Source: Vezdaea acicularis
Lineage: Eukaryota
NCBI GenBank assembly: GCA_026025075.1
Contig: JAPEUI010000052.1
Location: 62,001 to 115,998, forward strand
Direction: 5' to 3'
Length of the DNA: 53,998 nucleotides
Shown: piece after piece, positions 1-11,608 of the stretch
How the letters are laid out: every line of letters starts with the position of its first letter
How positions within the stretch are numbered: position 1 is the stretch's first letter
Position numbers and translations under genes: made by a program
The notes under the pieces: model-generated
What the model was told of the DNA's origin: nothing
Database searches by the model: none
Seen by the model: only the letters and a program-made list of their open reading frames with translations

Positions 1-615
1 ATCGACGGTCTTTTCATATGCGCGTTGGAGATACGCCGTAGGGTCGGGGCTGGCATCTTCGCCGGTTTTGTTGAGCAGAGCCCGCTCTGCCTCGAGAGCC
101 CAGAAGTGCAGTATCAGTCGCGACCACAAGCTGCATGAATGGTCAGTTGTATTCCGACGACGATGATCGTTCGGGCGGGCATACGCTGCATGTCCCTTCG
201 GCTTGCTAGACCACTGCCCCACTCCATCGTTGGCCCCGATGAAATTCTCTCCCGCCAACACGGCGTCGTCTCCGTTGGTCAGCCCACGGATGACTTCTCC
301 ATTGACGTGGGGCCGTCGGTCCCTGCTCCGATGATGCGTGCTCAATGGATCCGAAAAGGAGCCGGACGGCGGCGAGAGAAAGGGGGGAGGGAAGGGTCGC
401 GAGGGGCGCTTGGCGAAGAGGGCGTAGCCCGTCTCGAAGTAGAACGGGGTCTTGGAAAGCTTTGCGTCGAGGATGGCATCTTCGGGCTCGGCTTCGATCG
501 CATAGGCGGTTGCGGATCCCGATGACGAGTGTCTTGAAAAAGGAAGCACCCTCGGGCCAAGGATGGCGCCTCGGAAGGTGTGCAACGCTCGAAGGCTTGT
601 GGCCTGACCATGCAT
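1..615 (-). CDS. PP2C-family phosphatase, PTC7/Azr1-like, N-terminal part (runs off the left edge)
   Basis: Not in the ORF track. Manual translation from ATG 615 gives MHGQATSLRALHTFRG...TPFYFETGYALFAKRPSRPFPPPFLSPPSGSFSDPLST...GLTNGDDAVLAGENFIGANDGVGQWSSKPKGHA|ALWSRLILHFW. Intron 184-131 (GTATGC...CTGAC...CAG). GDDA and NDGVGxW are the PTC7-type metal-binding motifs. The Arg/Ser/Leu-rich N-terminus resembles a mitochondrial presequence. Confidence 0.85.
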   Translation of the reverse strand, partial: MHGQATSLRALHTFRGAILGPRVLPFSRHSSSGSATAYAIEAEPEDAILDAKLSKTPFYFETGYALFAKRPSRPFPPPFLSPPSGSFSDPLSTHHRSRDRRPHVNGEVIRGLTNGDDAVLAGENFIGANDGVGQWSSKPKGHAAYARPNDHRRRNTTDHSCSLWSRLILHFWALEAERALLNKTGEDASPDPTAYLQRAYEKTVD

Positions 616-1800
616 GCCAGCTTTATCCCCTCGGCGAGCCCAGGCTTTCGACTTGGTCGCGGGTTGAGAGACGGGGACGGAGGAGGGCGACGGTCCGAAT
701 CGTCTCGTGGAGGGCGAGAGTCCAGCAGGTCGGACGTGCGTCCGAGGCTCAAGGCCGCAAGCCCCCCCGCAGAATCGCGAAATCTTTAGCCCCAAAGTCA
801 ATTCGCTGCGGCGAGCAACGCACGTGATGTTACATCACTGCCCAGGTGAGCTTTCCCGCCGCACCGCTGCCTCTGGCCCGAATTCTACCTTTACGTCATC
901 AACCTTAATTTGTTGACCGACAAAATCCAATTTGAAAGCGGACCGAATGGGTCCGGATGGAGTGCCCGCGAGCCCATCGTCGGCCAATGCCAAGGTGGAG
1001 TTCGTGGTTCATATTTGTTGTCGACGCGCCGGAAGTGGAAACGACCTTGAGCCAGCATTCCCAAAGGGACGAGCAGCCAGATCGATTGGGGCGACGTGGA
1101 CTTGGGACGTCAATTGGGACCTTCGGGGCTTCCGTGGAGAGGGTCCAGCAACTCCGAAGTTGTTCGTGGTACGCCACATGTACCAAGTCGGACGCGGTGG
1201 CGCCCGTTATGCTCACGGTCAAGCAAGATGCACTGTCTCCTGCTGCTGGCGGTTTGCCGCATTCCCCTGCGTTTTGCCTTGTGGCGGTCGAGCAGAATGC
1301 TGACGTTCCCGACCGGCCACCGCACGCCTCCTTCCTTGATGCGGGCCACCTCCGTCTCACGATCTTCGCGGGACAAGGTGGTCAAGACGATGGTGATGCG
1401 TACCGTGGCTTGTAGGAGCTCTGTTGCTCCTGCTCAAAGCACGGCGGGAACGGTTGAAGCTCCTCCGTCTCCAGCAAGTGAACACGTAGCACGTGCACCA
1501 TACGCTCTTCGAGGAGAGCGATGGTGTCGTGGGTGCGGTGCGTGTGGCTGGGGCAACGTGCCCTTGCTTGCCTTGGCCTGTTTTGCTCTTTCCCTGCTTG
1601 GGTGCACACACGCGCAAGCCCCATGGGGAGGGCGCGGCCCTGAGCTCCTTCCGAGCTGGTTCCTTCGCTGCTGCCGCGGCCGGTCGAGCAGCTCGCTTGA
1701 GCCTTCCGCCCTGGTCCTGCTGGGTCTTGCCTATTCTTGTCTCGTCGTCCTTAGCTTGCCCTGCCCTGGCCTATCTCTCATCGTCCTCTTCGTCATCACC

Positions 1801-1818
1801 CTCTCTCTCTCTCTCTCT
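1801..1818 (+). repeat. (CT)n microsatellite in a pyrimidine-rich promoter/5'UTR tract
   Basis: ctctctctctctctctct, upstream of the PH-domain gene. Confidence 0.8.
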
Positions 1819-2194
1819 TTCCTCTCGACGCCCTCACCATTCTCCCGCCCGCCTTCCTCCTCTCCCTTCATCTCATCTCACCGTGGTATCCGGACATTCG
1901 TTACGTGGTGGAACGTTCCCTGCTGAAACACTATCGGCCGTCGTTTCGATTAGGCGTGTCGCCGCGCGCGTTTCCCGCTGCGTCCAATCCCGGATCCCGA
2001 ATCGCTGTCCAAATCGCCCAGAAAAGAGCTTGCGTGGATCCTGGAGCCATTGGGGCAGTAGCTCACATCCGACCTTCCGTCATCCGAGCACCGTGATCTG
2101 CTTCCCAAAAAAAAGTCGCTCGCTCGCATCACTTCTCTCCTTCATCCCTCGCCCGGACCATCCGACGCTCGTTGCTTCCCCCTTATCACCGCCC

Positions 2195-5100
2195 ATGATG
2201 GCTCGGAACAGAAGTAGGTGTTGTTTTTATTTGGCTCCTGTTTGGTCTCGGATCGCCTGACCTCGTTCGTGCGTGCAGTATCTTCGTTCATGTCCCACTT
2301 CTCGAGCGCGCCCAAATCCCCAACGTCCTCACCATCGCCGCCGTATGGAAGACCGGAGCCTCAGTCGAACTCTTCGTCGCCGCAGCACTCGACCGGACCG
2401 TCCCGAGACTCACCGCCACCTCAAAGAACTCGGACCGACCGACCGCCGTCGAGGCCAACGTCAATGATCCAGACGTATCATCCTCCGCTGATGGAGATAG
2501 CACAGGACACCCTGCCAGAGCTACAACCGATCTTTACCTACCTCAACAGTCACGCGAATAAGCTGTATCAGGAAGGTTACTTTCTGAAGCTCAATGACCT
2601 GGATACACGTGAGTTGAGCCCTGATCACTCTCGACACTGCCCATGCTCATGCTCATGCTCATGACTATCAGATGGGCGACCAAATGGAGATCGGACTTGG
2701 ACCGAGTGCTTCGCACAGCTCGTGGGTACAGTCCTTTCGCTTTGGGATGCCGCCGCGTTGGACGCTGCGGGCCAGGATGGGGAAGTCGTGCCAACCTTCG
2801 TGAACCTGACGGACGCTTCGATAAAGATGGTGAGTCCTTGGAAGGACTTCGATCAAACACAACTAACCATACTCACCAGATTGACACATTGCCAACGCGC
2901 AATCAAGACCAGATGCCTCTACAGAACGTTTTGAGTATTTCGACGGCCGGCAAGAATCGATATCTTCTACACTTTAATTCCACCCATTCTCTTACCCAGT
3001 GGACTGCAGGCATTCGACTGGCAATGTACGAGCATGCGACTTTACAGGAAGCATATACGGGGTCGTTAATCGCGGGGAAGGGGAAAGCCCTGAATAGCAT
3101 TAAAGTAATAATGGATCGCAATAGATTCAAGGCCGAGGATTGGGCCCGGGTTCGGTTTGGTGCTGGCACACCTTGGAGACGGTGTTGGTACGTGATCTCA
3201 CCTCCGGATGAGAAGGCATACCAGAAGCAACAGAAGGAGTTCAAGAAGAAGTCGGCCTATGGACAGAAGATGCCACCTCTAAAAGGGAACATCAAATTTT
3301 ACGACACTAAGAAGACGAAGAAGACGCAACCGATTGCAACCATCACGGACGCATTCTCTGCATATGCAATCTATCCGCAGTCAAAGCCACTCATCGATCA
3401 ATCAACCTTGGTTAAGGTGGAGGGGACTATTACGATCCATGCAAAGCCAGCGTCGACGACGGAAGGTTTCGTCTTTGTCATGCCAGAGGTGCATCCGGCC
3501 GTCAGTGGATTCGAGATGATGCTTCGATGGTTGTTCCCCGTCTTTGATACGTTTGCCCTATACGGTCGGCCGAACCGCCTCATCGCAGACACGCGAGATA
3601 GCAGAGGGCTCATGTTCGCCATGCCGACGGACAGGCGTTATGGCTATCTGGAGATTCTTGATGTCGCTACACTCATTCATACCCCAGGAAGTCAAGACTG
3701 GAAAGAAGCCGACTGGAGAAAACAAATGAAAGATCTGACCGCGAAGCGGGTTGCGGCTCTGAACGAAAACGGGAGCAGACGTAATAGTGGGCAAATAAAT
3801 CGACGAGCGAAGAGGAGTAGTCTGCCACCATCCCGTGGCGTCGGCGTTGCCTTTGACGATGGATCTTCAACACGCTCCGGTCCAGCTCAAGTCTTTGGTG
3901 CATATCCAGGGCAACATCCCGTATATGGTGGTGCGCCTAACAATGGGGCTGCTGTACCCTTGGACGGCTCTTTCCCTCATCACGGACATCAACGCTCCGT
4001 GTCTGAATCGCAAGGTCTCGATATTTATTCCCACGAGTTGCCATCGCAACTCGATCAACCACCCCCACCTCCGCTCCATGGGTCAGGCGTGGGTCAATCG
4101 ACCTACAATGACTCAAAGGAGGCTCTGAATGATAGGAGTAGCTCCGATAGCGAGAACCGATTTAACAGCGCGCTTCCACAAACCCCCGCAGAGCTCGAGC
4201 CTTCTCCAGCGCCGGAACCAGTCGTCATGCCTCCAGCCTTTGCTCACCCGCCCGGTGCCATGCCTCCGGCCAAACCCTATCACTCGCCCGAGCTACGCAG
4301 AGCCAACAGCCGCATGTCAACTGATACACTTTCTCACCTGACCAAGCAAGGAGGAGCGTCAGTGGCTGCTGCTGGTGCTGCTGCGGCTTGGAATAAGGCA
4401 AACGGTAACAGAGACGAACAACCTCGCGAAGGCGCATCGAGACGCTCCATGGATGCGAACCAGAGACCGATGTTCCACGACTCGGAGTCCGGCGGATTCG
4501 ATGCTGTTGCCGACCGAGGCGAAGAGCTGGTAGGATCTCGTGCGTTGTATGACCGAGGGCTGCCTCCTCCCCCTCAAGAGTTCCGCCAAGGGCCAAGCCC
4601 CCTCTCCCAAACTACCGCATACTCACCACCTGTCCCGCAGCATACTCAATATGGCCAAGCTATAGATTATCAACCACCAAACTACAGTGAAGCAGGTCAA
4701 GAATATACTCCCCTGAAGAAGACAGTTTCGCAACATTCCTCGACTTATCAATCTTCCCCAAGACCCTCGGCAGACGCTATCCGACACCGAGCGGTGGGTG
4801 TGGACATTGGTAATCGCTCGCGGAGCCCATCCAAGTCACCCTATAATCGCTCAACGGAGTCACTTCCACAATCGGCATCAAGGCATAGTATTCACCGCAA
4901 ACCACTTCCTTTACCCAAGAGTGTACAGGGAGCAGATAGACCAAACACAGCATCGAGTACTGAGAGTTTTCGGAATCCCGCAGTCGATCAAGCAGCTTTG
5001 GATCGAGTTGTGGCTCGTCCAGGCACTCTAGCCGTCGATAGACCCGCTCATCCTAGATTAAGACGTCAACTCACGGATGCGAGTAGCAACTACGGCGATA

Positions 5101-5276
5101 ACGAGTCTACTGATTCTCCAGATTACGCGAGTACAAGAAAGTCTACCGAGACGGGGAGATCCGACAAGTCGGTCGAGAGGCAACGAGCGGGCGTTATGAA
5201 AACTGTTGGTACACGTGAGCCTTTTGAGAAAGATGTTGTCATCGGTAATACGCATTACCGCGCTGACTATGTATGA
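2195..5276 (+). CDS. PH-domain protein, Skg3/Caf120-like
   Basis: Exons 2195-2213, 2279-2608, 2672-2829, 2880-5276, all with GT-AG introns. The spliced protein contains KLYQEGYFLKLNDLD.HGRPNGDRTWTECFAQLVGTVLSLWDA, WTAGIRLAMYEHATLQEAYTGSLIAGKG and EDWARVRFGAGTPWRRCW, followed by a long S/P-rich tail. Confidence 0.85.
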
Positions 5277-5498
5277 GGATTCGAGACTATTTGAGGCTTT
5301 GATGGAGTAGGGCGTTGAAGAGAAAGAAAGGGTGGGGTCATGTTTTGGAGGATGGGGTTGACGGAGGGAGGATACCAAGCGATAGTAATATAACCCAAGC
5401 CATCGGAGGGGAAGGAGACTATGATATCGTCTAGAAACCCATTGATCCACAAGGGGTCAAGAACCATCGCATCCTCTCGTCATGTGATGGCGCTCGAA

Positions 5499-6736
5499 TC
5501 AGCTTTCTGACACGTCCACCGCGTGCCTTTCCCCCTCGCCGACACTTCCCGCCGCCGTACTAACACCAGGTTTATGCCGCCTTTTCCGTTTCCTCTTCGC
5601 CGCCGGCTCGCCGCCTGGTCCGACATTTTCCTTCTCGTCGGTGCTATGATGTATTGATGGCCGCTCTTCAAGGCTCTTTTCTGTGGCGGGAAGGGCTGTC
5701 TTGCTCACCGTCTCCTCTTCCCGCTGCTTCTTTGGCTTCTTGATGCTGAGGGGGTTCGGACCTTTCGGGCCTCTTGCTCGCTTCTTCTTTGGTTTATCCT
5801 CTGTCTTTGCCTCTGCTCCACCTTCCCGCTCCCCTCCCTCTCCCGCCACAGCCTGCACCTCCTCCCTCTTCCGCTTCCGCCCCACCAAGCCGGAGCGCAA
5901 CTTCCCCCTCTCCCCTCCCTCCCGCACCACCTCACTCCGCTCGCTCATCGGCTCCATCACCATCACGCTCCGGTTGACATACACCAGCGGCACCCCCGTC
6001 TTCGCCCGCATCGCCTTGCGCACGCCGACGTCCTGGCTGGCAACCACGTACCGGTGTTTGTTCGTATTCGTGCTCTTCGGGTCGACGACGGAGGAGAGGC
6101 AGTCGAGCGTGCTGAGGGGCGAGGGCAGCGTATGGTGGTCGCAGCGGCGCCGCTCGAAGGTGCGGGCGAGCGCGATGAGAGCTTGAGCGTCGACTTGTGG
6201 GGAGCTCGGGAGCGCGTATAGGTGCCGCATGCTACACTGTGTAATCACTAGAAATTATCAATCTTGGATCAGCCTTCCCATTCCAGTTTGTTCCTTTTTT
6301 CGTCGTCCTCCTTCTCCTCCCAACAAAGCAAGAGCGGGCCCGCCAGAAAAGTTGGGTCCAGACCGCGCGCGGGAAAATGGGGAGTCAACATACTCGGTTT
6401 TATCTCGCCGTGTAACGTCCGCCGAAGCCCGCCCTCCACATCCATCTTGAACCGCGCCGTATCTTGCAGCATTTCCGCGTCCACTATATATGCCCATACA
6501 CCACAATCATTAGCAATCAATCAATCAATCGCATCCCACAAGTCCTCAACTCCCTTCTCCCCATCCCCCCTGCTTCTCTCTCTCTCTCACAAGCTTCCAC
6601 ACTTCCAAGGAAAGAACGATCGAGAAGAGACACACAAGGAGAACTCACCCAGCACCTGATACGGTTCGCGGAAGCCGAAGGTTAGGCCGTACTGCTGCAT
6701 CAGCTTGCGGTACTGCTTCGAGCGTTTCCCGCGCAT
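5499..6736 (-). CDS. UTP23: SSU processome PIN-domain protein Utp23
   Basis: Exons 6736-6649, 6483-6394, 6247-5499. MRGKRSKQYRKLMQQYGLTFGFREPYQVLVDAEM..GEIKPMITQCSMRHLY..FERRRCDH..HRYVVASQD..GVPLVY and the C-terminal KGPNPLSIKKPK motif. Confidence 0.95.
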
Positions 6737-7199
6737 GGCTGGCGGTTCTTCGGCGTGGTGTGGTTGGTTGTTGTAAGGTAACTGCCCAGAAGTGAATTGT
6801 GCGAGGTGGTGAGGCGGGGGGGTTTTTTTGGGTGCGAGGGAAAATGGGTTCGCGTGTCACGACGCGAGTGCCGTCATGGGCGGCGACTTGAGCTTGAAGG
6901 GGTGGGGATACGCGGATGTGAGGATGGGGATGAGGCTTCTTGAATAGATTTGCAAGCTCCTGAAGAAGTGGATTACTTGTAGATTTGAACATTAATTACA
7001 TTTACAACAATTAGCATTCAGGGTGGTTCCTGGTGGTCGCAGCGCCACTTCCTTCGTTTTGGGGGAGACTTTCTGGTCTTGCGGGGGAATTGACAGCAAC
7101 TCCCTCGCCTCGCTGGTTAAAGTGCCAAAACGAAAGTTCTCAGCTGATAAGCAAACCCGTTGAGTCTTTGGACTAAAATAAGAGGATAGCTGAAATAGC

Positions 7200-7205
7200 A
7201 AAAAA
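7200..7205 (-). terminator. RNA Pol III oligo-T terminator of the tRNA-Lys gene
   Basis: TTTTTT on the minus strand, about 24 nt after the discriminator base at 7230. Confidence 0.75.
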
Positions 7206-7229
7206 GGTAATTCGCGTATGCGTCATACT

Positions 7230-7351
7230 AGCCGAAGGCGCTGTACTGAATTAGCGAAAGTTATTGGATTAGATAGGAGTATAACTCACGGGCTCGAACC
7301 CGCGACCTTGAGGTTAAGAGCCACACGCTCTACCGATTGAGCTACCCCGGC
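7230..7351 (-). tRNA. tRNA-Lys(CUU) split by a 49-nt GT-AG insert in the T-stem (exons 7351-7290 and 7240-7230)
   Basis: Spliced sequence: GCCGGGG TA GCTC AATCGGTA GAGC G TGTGG CT CTT AA CCTCA AGGTC GCGGG TTCGAGC CC|CGC CTTCGGC T. Acceptor stem 7/7 (two G-U), D stem 4/4, anticodon stem 4/5 (U29-U41), T stem 5/5 only after removing 7289-7241. A box TAGCTCAATCGG and B box GGTTCGAGCCC are intact. Anticodon at 7318-7316. Confidence 0.9.
7241..7289 (-). other. Putative U2-type spliceosomal intron within tRNA-Lys
   Basis: GTGAGTTATACTCCTATCTAATCCAATAACTTTCGCTAATTCAGTACAG: donor GTGAGT, branch GCTAAT, acceptor TACAG. At 49 nt it matches the size of mRNA introns in this window. Confidence 0.8.
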
Positions 7352-7378
7352 GGATTATTGGTGATTTAGCTACTACTT

Positions 7379-7388
7379 GAATATATAA
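7379..7388 (-). promoter_or_regulatory. TATA-like element about 30 nt upstream of the tRNA 5' end
   Basis: Minus strand reads TTATATATTC at about -28 to -37 relative to G1 (7351). Confidence 0.5.
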
Positions 7389-8197
7389 TCAATAAAAAAT
7401 ATCTGCCATAAGAACTCGGTCAGTTTGGGGCTCAATGGCCATCGCAGAAATAGAACTCTCCGTAAGACGACATCTCTCAGGTTTGACGATCCAGCCACAA
7501 TGAAGCGACATGCTGGAAGGCACAGCGGCACGTACATCTACACGTTGAAACGGGAATACATAGTCGTCGCTTGTCTATGACGCCCCGGAACGCTGAAATG
7601 GCCCCTATCTAGATATTACATGACACTTAGGTACGGGTTTTGGCCCATGATGCGGGCGATCTTAGTACATACGGCTCGTGGTATCAGCAATCTCTCATAA
7701 TGCAATACTCGTCACACGGAAAAGGCACCATGGCATGACCCTCACTCCTTCGGCTGGTTTATACTATAGCGGTCTCTAACACGAAGCGGGAATGGAGCCA
7801 TCTCAAAAGATCGTCGTTCGCCCCTGTCTTGTATGTGTGCTTTATATTGTACCATGTGCATAGTGTATCATTCAGGTAAAGATCGAAGACCACTGGATGA
7901 ATATTGAGTGAAGCGTCTTCAAGCGTGGGCAAGGGTCCGCAAATCATCACGGCGTGCAAGGTTGAATTTCCCTCTTGCAGAGACCATCTATACTGAAGGT
8001 TCTGAGGCTGCAAAATAACAGTTGGAGAGCACTATAAACTCTGAAGTATGCTCATCTATCGAGTAAGCACAGACTCTCCGGCCGGGGAGTTAAGCTGTAC
8101 CGTCGACCTAATCCCTCGAACTTAGGATGTCCGACGGATGAGGCAAAACAAGCGCAGGCCCGCATTAGGCGAGTCAGGACGTTGACAAGACTGATCT

Positions 8198-11100
8198 CTA
8201 CTCAAATTTCAATCCTCCCATCTTCGCCCTCGGCGTCAGAGGTCTCTTGACTGCGCTCTGCGTTGCCACTCTCTTGACTGCGGCAGTCAGAGGTCTCTTA
8301 ATCTTTAAGCCGTCACCCAGCTCGTTCTCCTTTGCGATTCGCTGCGCTTCTTTCTCCTTATCTTCTGCCATCTGCGCCTCAATCTCACTCTTACGATTAA
8401 ATTCTTGCTCCTTCATGCGTTTGTCGCGCGCTGAATATCCTTTCTCTTTAATGGAGTAGAACACGGAACCGAGTTGTTGGAGCCACTGCAAATGAAAAGA
8501 CGTAATTAGCACGATACACGATGAGGTACAATTAAAAGCGGTTGCTTACGTGTGGGTCGACCGAAGTCACTGTTGACATGTACTCCTTCGAAGTCAGAAT
8601 GAGCTCGTGATAGACGACATAGTCTGGTAGGTAGCCCAGGCCGTAAAGTGCGCTTGTGGGATGCAGCTGTACAGTAACGCTTGTCCTCAAGTTGATGTAT
8701 TCTCCAATACCCTTCACCTTCGCTGCCTGGTGGTAGTATCCTGAACATATACACTTCCTGATCACATCCCAATCAGTCCCACAACTCGTCAATACTAATC
8801 TCTGTTGCATCATAATCACGAGCAGTTGTTCCCTGATCTCCTTCGCCCGCCTCAAAGCCTTTGGGTGGAGGAAGTGACGAACGCACCACCCATCTGAATA
8901 ACCGTTTGCTTTCCATTGCGTATAGACGTGGAGCAAAGTCAGGTGGTCGGATTCGGGAACAAAAAATTTCTCACGGGCGGAGTCAGACTCTTCTTGTCGC
9001 TCTTTCGGCCGGTAGAAAACGCTAGGGACTGAGAGCATCGACACGATCGTCAGAACTTCCTCGCTGCAGCCGTATTCCTCGGATGTAAGTATTAGCTTCG
9101 CAAGAGAAGGATCCATGGGAAATGCTGTCATCTTGCGGCCCATCGAGGTAAGATTGCCAATGTTGTCAAGAGCACCAAGCGCCCAGAGGTCGAAGAGGGA
9201 GGTCGTGATCGTGTCTTGAGGGGGAGGGTCCATGAAATCAAAATCAAGAAGGTCTTTAACGCCGAGAGACTTTAGAAGTAAGACGATGTTGCTGAGATTG
9301 GTTCGTTGAATCTCAGGAATTGTTTGTATGTAGAGATCGTTTTTAAATGCACCCTCTGTGAACAAATGAAACGCTTTTCCAGGACCTGTACGACCTGCAC
9401 GGCCTGCACGTTGAGACGCGTTGGCTTGTGAGATCGGCGTAATCTGCAGAGTGTCCATTCCCATCCGAGGATTATAGACCTTCAACTTGGAATATCCGCC
9501 GTCAACCACGTACATAATGCCGTCTACCGTCAAACTTGTCTCAGCAATGTTGGTGGCCACTATGACTTTACGTACACCAGGCGCAGCTCGCTCGAATATT
9601 TTGGCTTGGAGGTCTGCTGGCATTTGACTGTATATGGGTAGTACGCTGAGCTTCGGGGGATCATTAAGCAGCTTTAGCCGCTCTTCAATTAGTTCGCAGG
9701 TAACTTCAATGTCTTCCTGGCCAGTCATAAATACCAGAATATCGCCTGCACCTTGAGAGACATGTATGGCAAGCACCTGTTTAACGGCACTGTCCACATA
9801 GTCCTCACAGGGAGAGCGTGAAAATTGGACATCAACAGGAAAGGTACGTCCGGGGATGAAGAACTGAGGTGCACCTCCATAAAAACGGGAGAATCGTTCA
9901 GAGTTCATCGTAGCCGACGTTACGATGAGCTTTAGGTCTCTCCTGCGAGCCAGCTTCTTCTTCATTAGGCCCATAAGCACGTCGGTATTTAATGCACGCT
10001 CATGGGCCTCATCCATGATTATGCATGAATAATCATCGAATTCAGGTTTATCTTCATTGAGAGATTCACGAAGGAGTACACCATCAGTCATATCTATAGA
10101 TTGTGATCAGTATTGTGCCTTTACATCCGGTTCATCTTAAAACTTACATTTGATTACCGTCTCATCCTTATCTGTACAGTCCTCAAATCTGATTGCATAT
10201 CCAACTAAGCCACCCAGCCTTACACCCATTTCCTCGCTCACGCGCTTTGCGACACTCATAGCAGCAACTCGACGCGGTTGTGTGCAGCCTATCATGCCAA
10301 TCTTACCATATCCGTCTTCATAGAGAAATTGTGTAAGTTGAGTGGTCTTTCCGGAACCAGTCTCACCAACAACGATGACGACCTGGTTATCCCGGATGAC
10401 CCGTAGAAGCTCTTCCCGCACAGCAAATGCTGGTAGAAACTCGCGCTGTTCCCGCAATGTTTTACTCTTACTGAAGGCACTCTGGCCCTCATTAGTCTTC
10501 AAGTGGGTCGCAAACTTGCTCCCTCCTTTACTGTCTTCTTCACCTGGTATAGGCGCAGCACTGTCACCCTCATCTTCTTTAACGCCCATGATGTTGCCCA
10601 GAGCGGTGCCAGTCATATTTGTTGCTTCCTGGGCCTGCTTCTGCCGCTCCTTCTGTTGCCGCTTCTCCTTGACAACTTTACTTCCCTTCCTGCTAAAGAC
10701 TGCCATGTCGCTCTGTGGATCTCGAATGGCTGAAACTGGCTCGAGCTGCTTTGTGAAGACTTTCCTGCCGTCTAAAAATGGCGGTCGGATATCATGAACC
10801 AGTAAATGAACCCTCATTGCCTCCTCCTCGTCCTCTAACCCCTCGTCCGCAAAATCCCGTCGCTGCGCCACCCCTGATGTGAGCATACGGTTCGTTTCCC
10901 ATGCGTCAACATCCCTCTGCTTCTGGGCAGCCCTTGCCGTAACACGTTTGCCGGTTTTGCGTTCCAACAGCGCCGTTTCTCGCTGATGATCCGCCCACGA
11001 GTTGTCACCGGGCCCAAAGGGGTTATGAGTTTCGTCGCCAAAAGTGTGTCCAAACTCATCTCCAGCATACCAGTCTCGATCGAGGGCGTCTGAATCTTCC

Positions 11101-11339
11101 TGGTCAATGCCAGGCTCTGGCCCATCAAACTCTTTCTGGCTAGGGGTTGACCGATATTGCTGAAGTCGAGGCGTAGACGCTCTTGAGCCGTTCATGAAAC
11201 GATCGCGCGTATGAAGAGGTGTCCGCGCTGGTCGTGAATGTCTTATAGTGGCGGGTCGAGATGGTACCTCGAACCCATCTTCCGCTCCGCCTGGGGTAGT
11301 ATCAATTCTCCTCCTTTTAGGACTATAGTGATTCGACAT
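8198..11339 (-). CDS. PRP16: Pre-mRNA splicing DEAH-box helicase Prp16
   Basis: Exons 11339-10148, 10093-8550, 8485-8198. Motifs [43 protein letters not shown], plus the Prp16-specific [17 protein letters not shown] and [16 protein letters not shown]. Confidence 0.96.
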
Positions 11340-11608
11340 AGCTCTGTGACCTCCCTGACATGAAGGAGTAGAGCTGAACTGAGCTGACTCAAGGTAGCCG
11401 GGGGAGTTGGAATCTTCTGTCTAGCGGCGGAGCGCGAAGGTCAACTGTAAATCTTCGTTGCTCTTGAAAGTAGAAGGTCTTACCGAGAGAACTCGCGTAA
11501 AAAAGCCATCCCTCCAAAAAAGAATATCGTCTGCCGAAGCATTTGTGGCCCAATGATGGCCTTGACCCTTAGTTCTCATGTCTACGTTGGAGCTCTCAGG
11601 CATCGAAT

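Noticed and set aside
139..2260. Many overlapping ORFs of 60-276 aa between the PP2C and PH genes
   Set aside because: GC-rich promoter/UTR or shadow frames of the real minus-strand PP2C gene; non-ATG starts, low complexity and no motifs.
2643..2663. (ATGCTC)3 giving the MLMLMLM start of the 877-aa ORF
   Set aside because: Lies inside intron 2 of the PH gene; the true start is at 2195.
7191..7228. Second intron-like stretch (GTATGA...TTTCAG) and a small GTATG/CATAC hairpin in the tRNA trailer
   Set aside because: Only 38 nt, no CTRAY branch site, and it spans the Pol III terminator; likely chance.
7284..7351. Reading the tRNA as a 3'-truncated pseudogene or SINE head
   Set aside because: The missing 11 nt are present in exact register 49 nt downstream, directly after a YAG, and are followed by a T6 terminator.
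7440..8197. 84-aa ORF (7759-8013) and a plus-strand intron-like GTAAGC..CCTAAT..TAG (8063-8125)
   Set aside because: No recognisable protein or RNA structure; short splice-like signals occur by chance and need transcript evidence.
8233..8300. Short direct repeats (GTCAGAGGTCTCTT, CTCTTGACTGCG)
   Set aside because: They encode the low-complexity KRPLT/AVKR repeats of the Prp16 tail, not a separate element.
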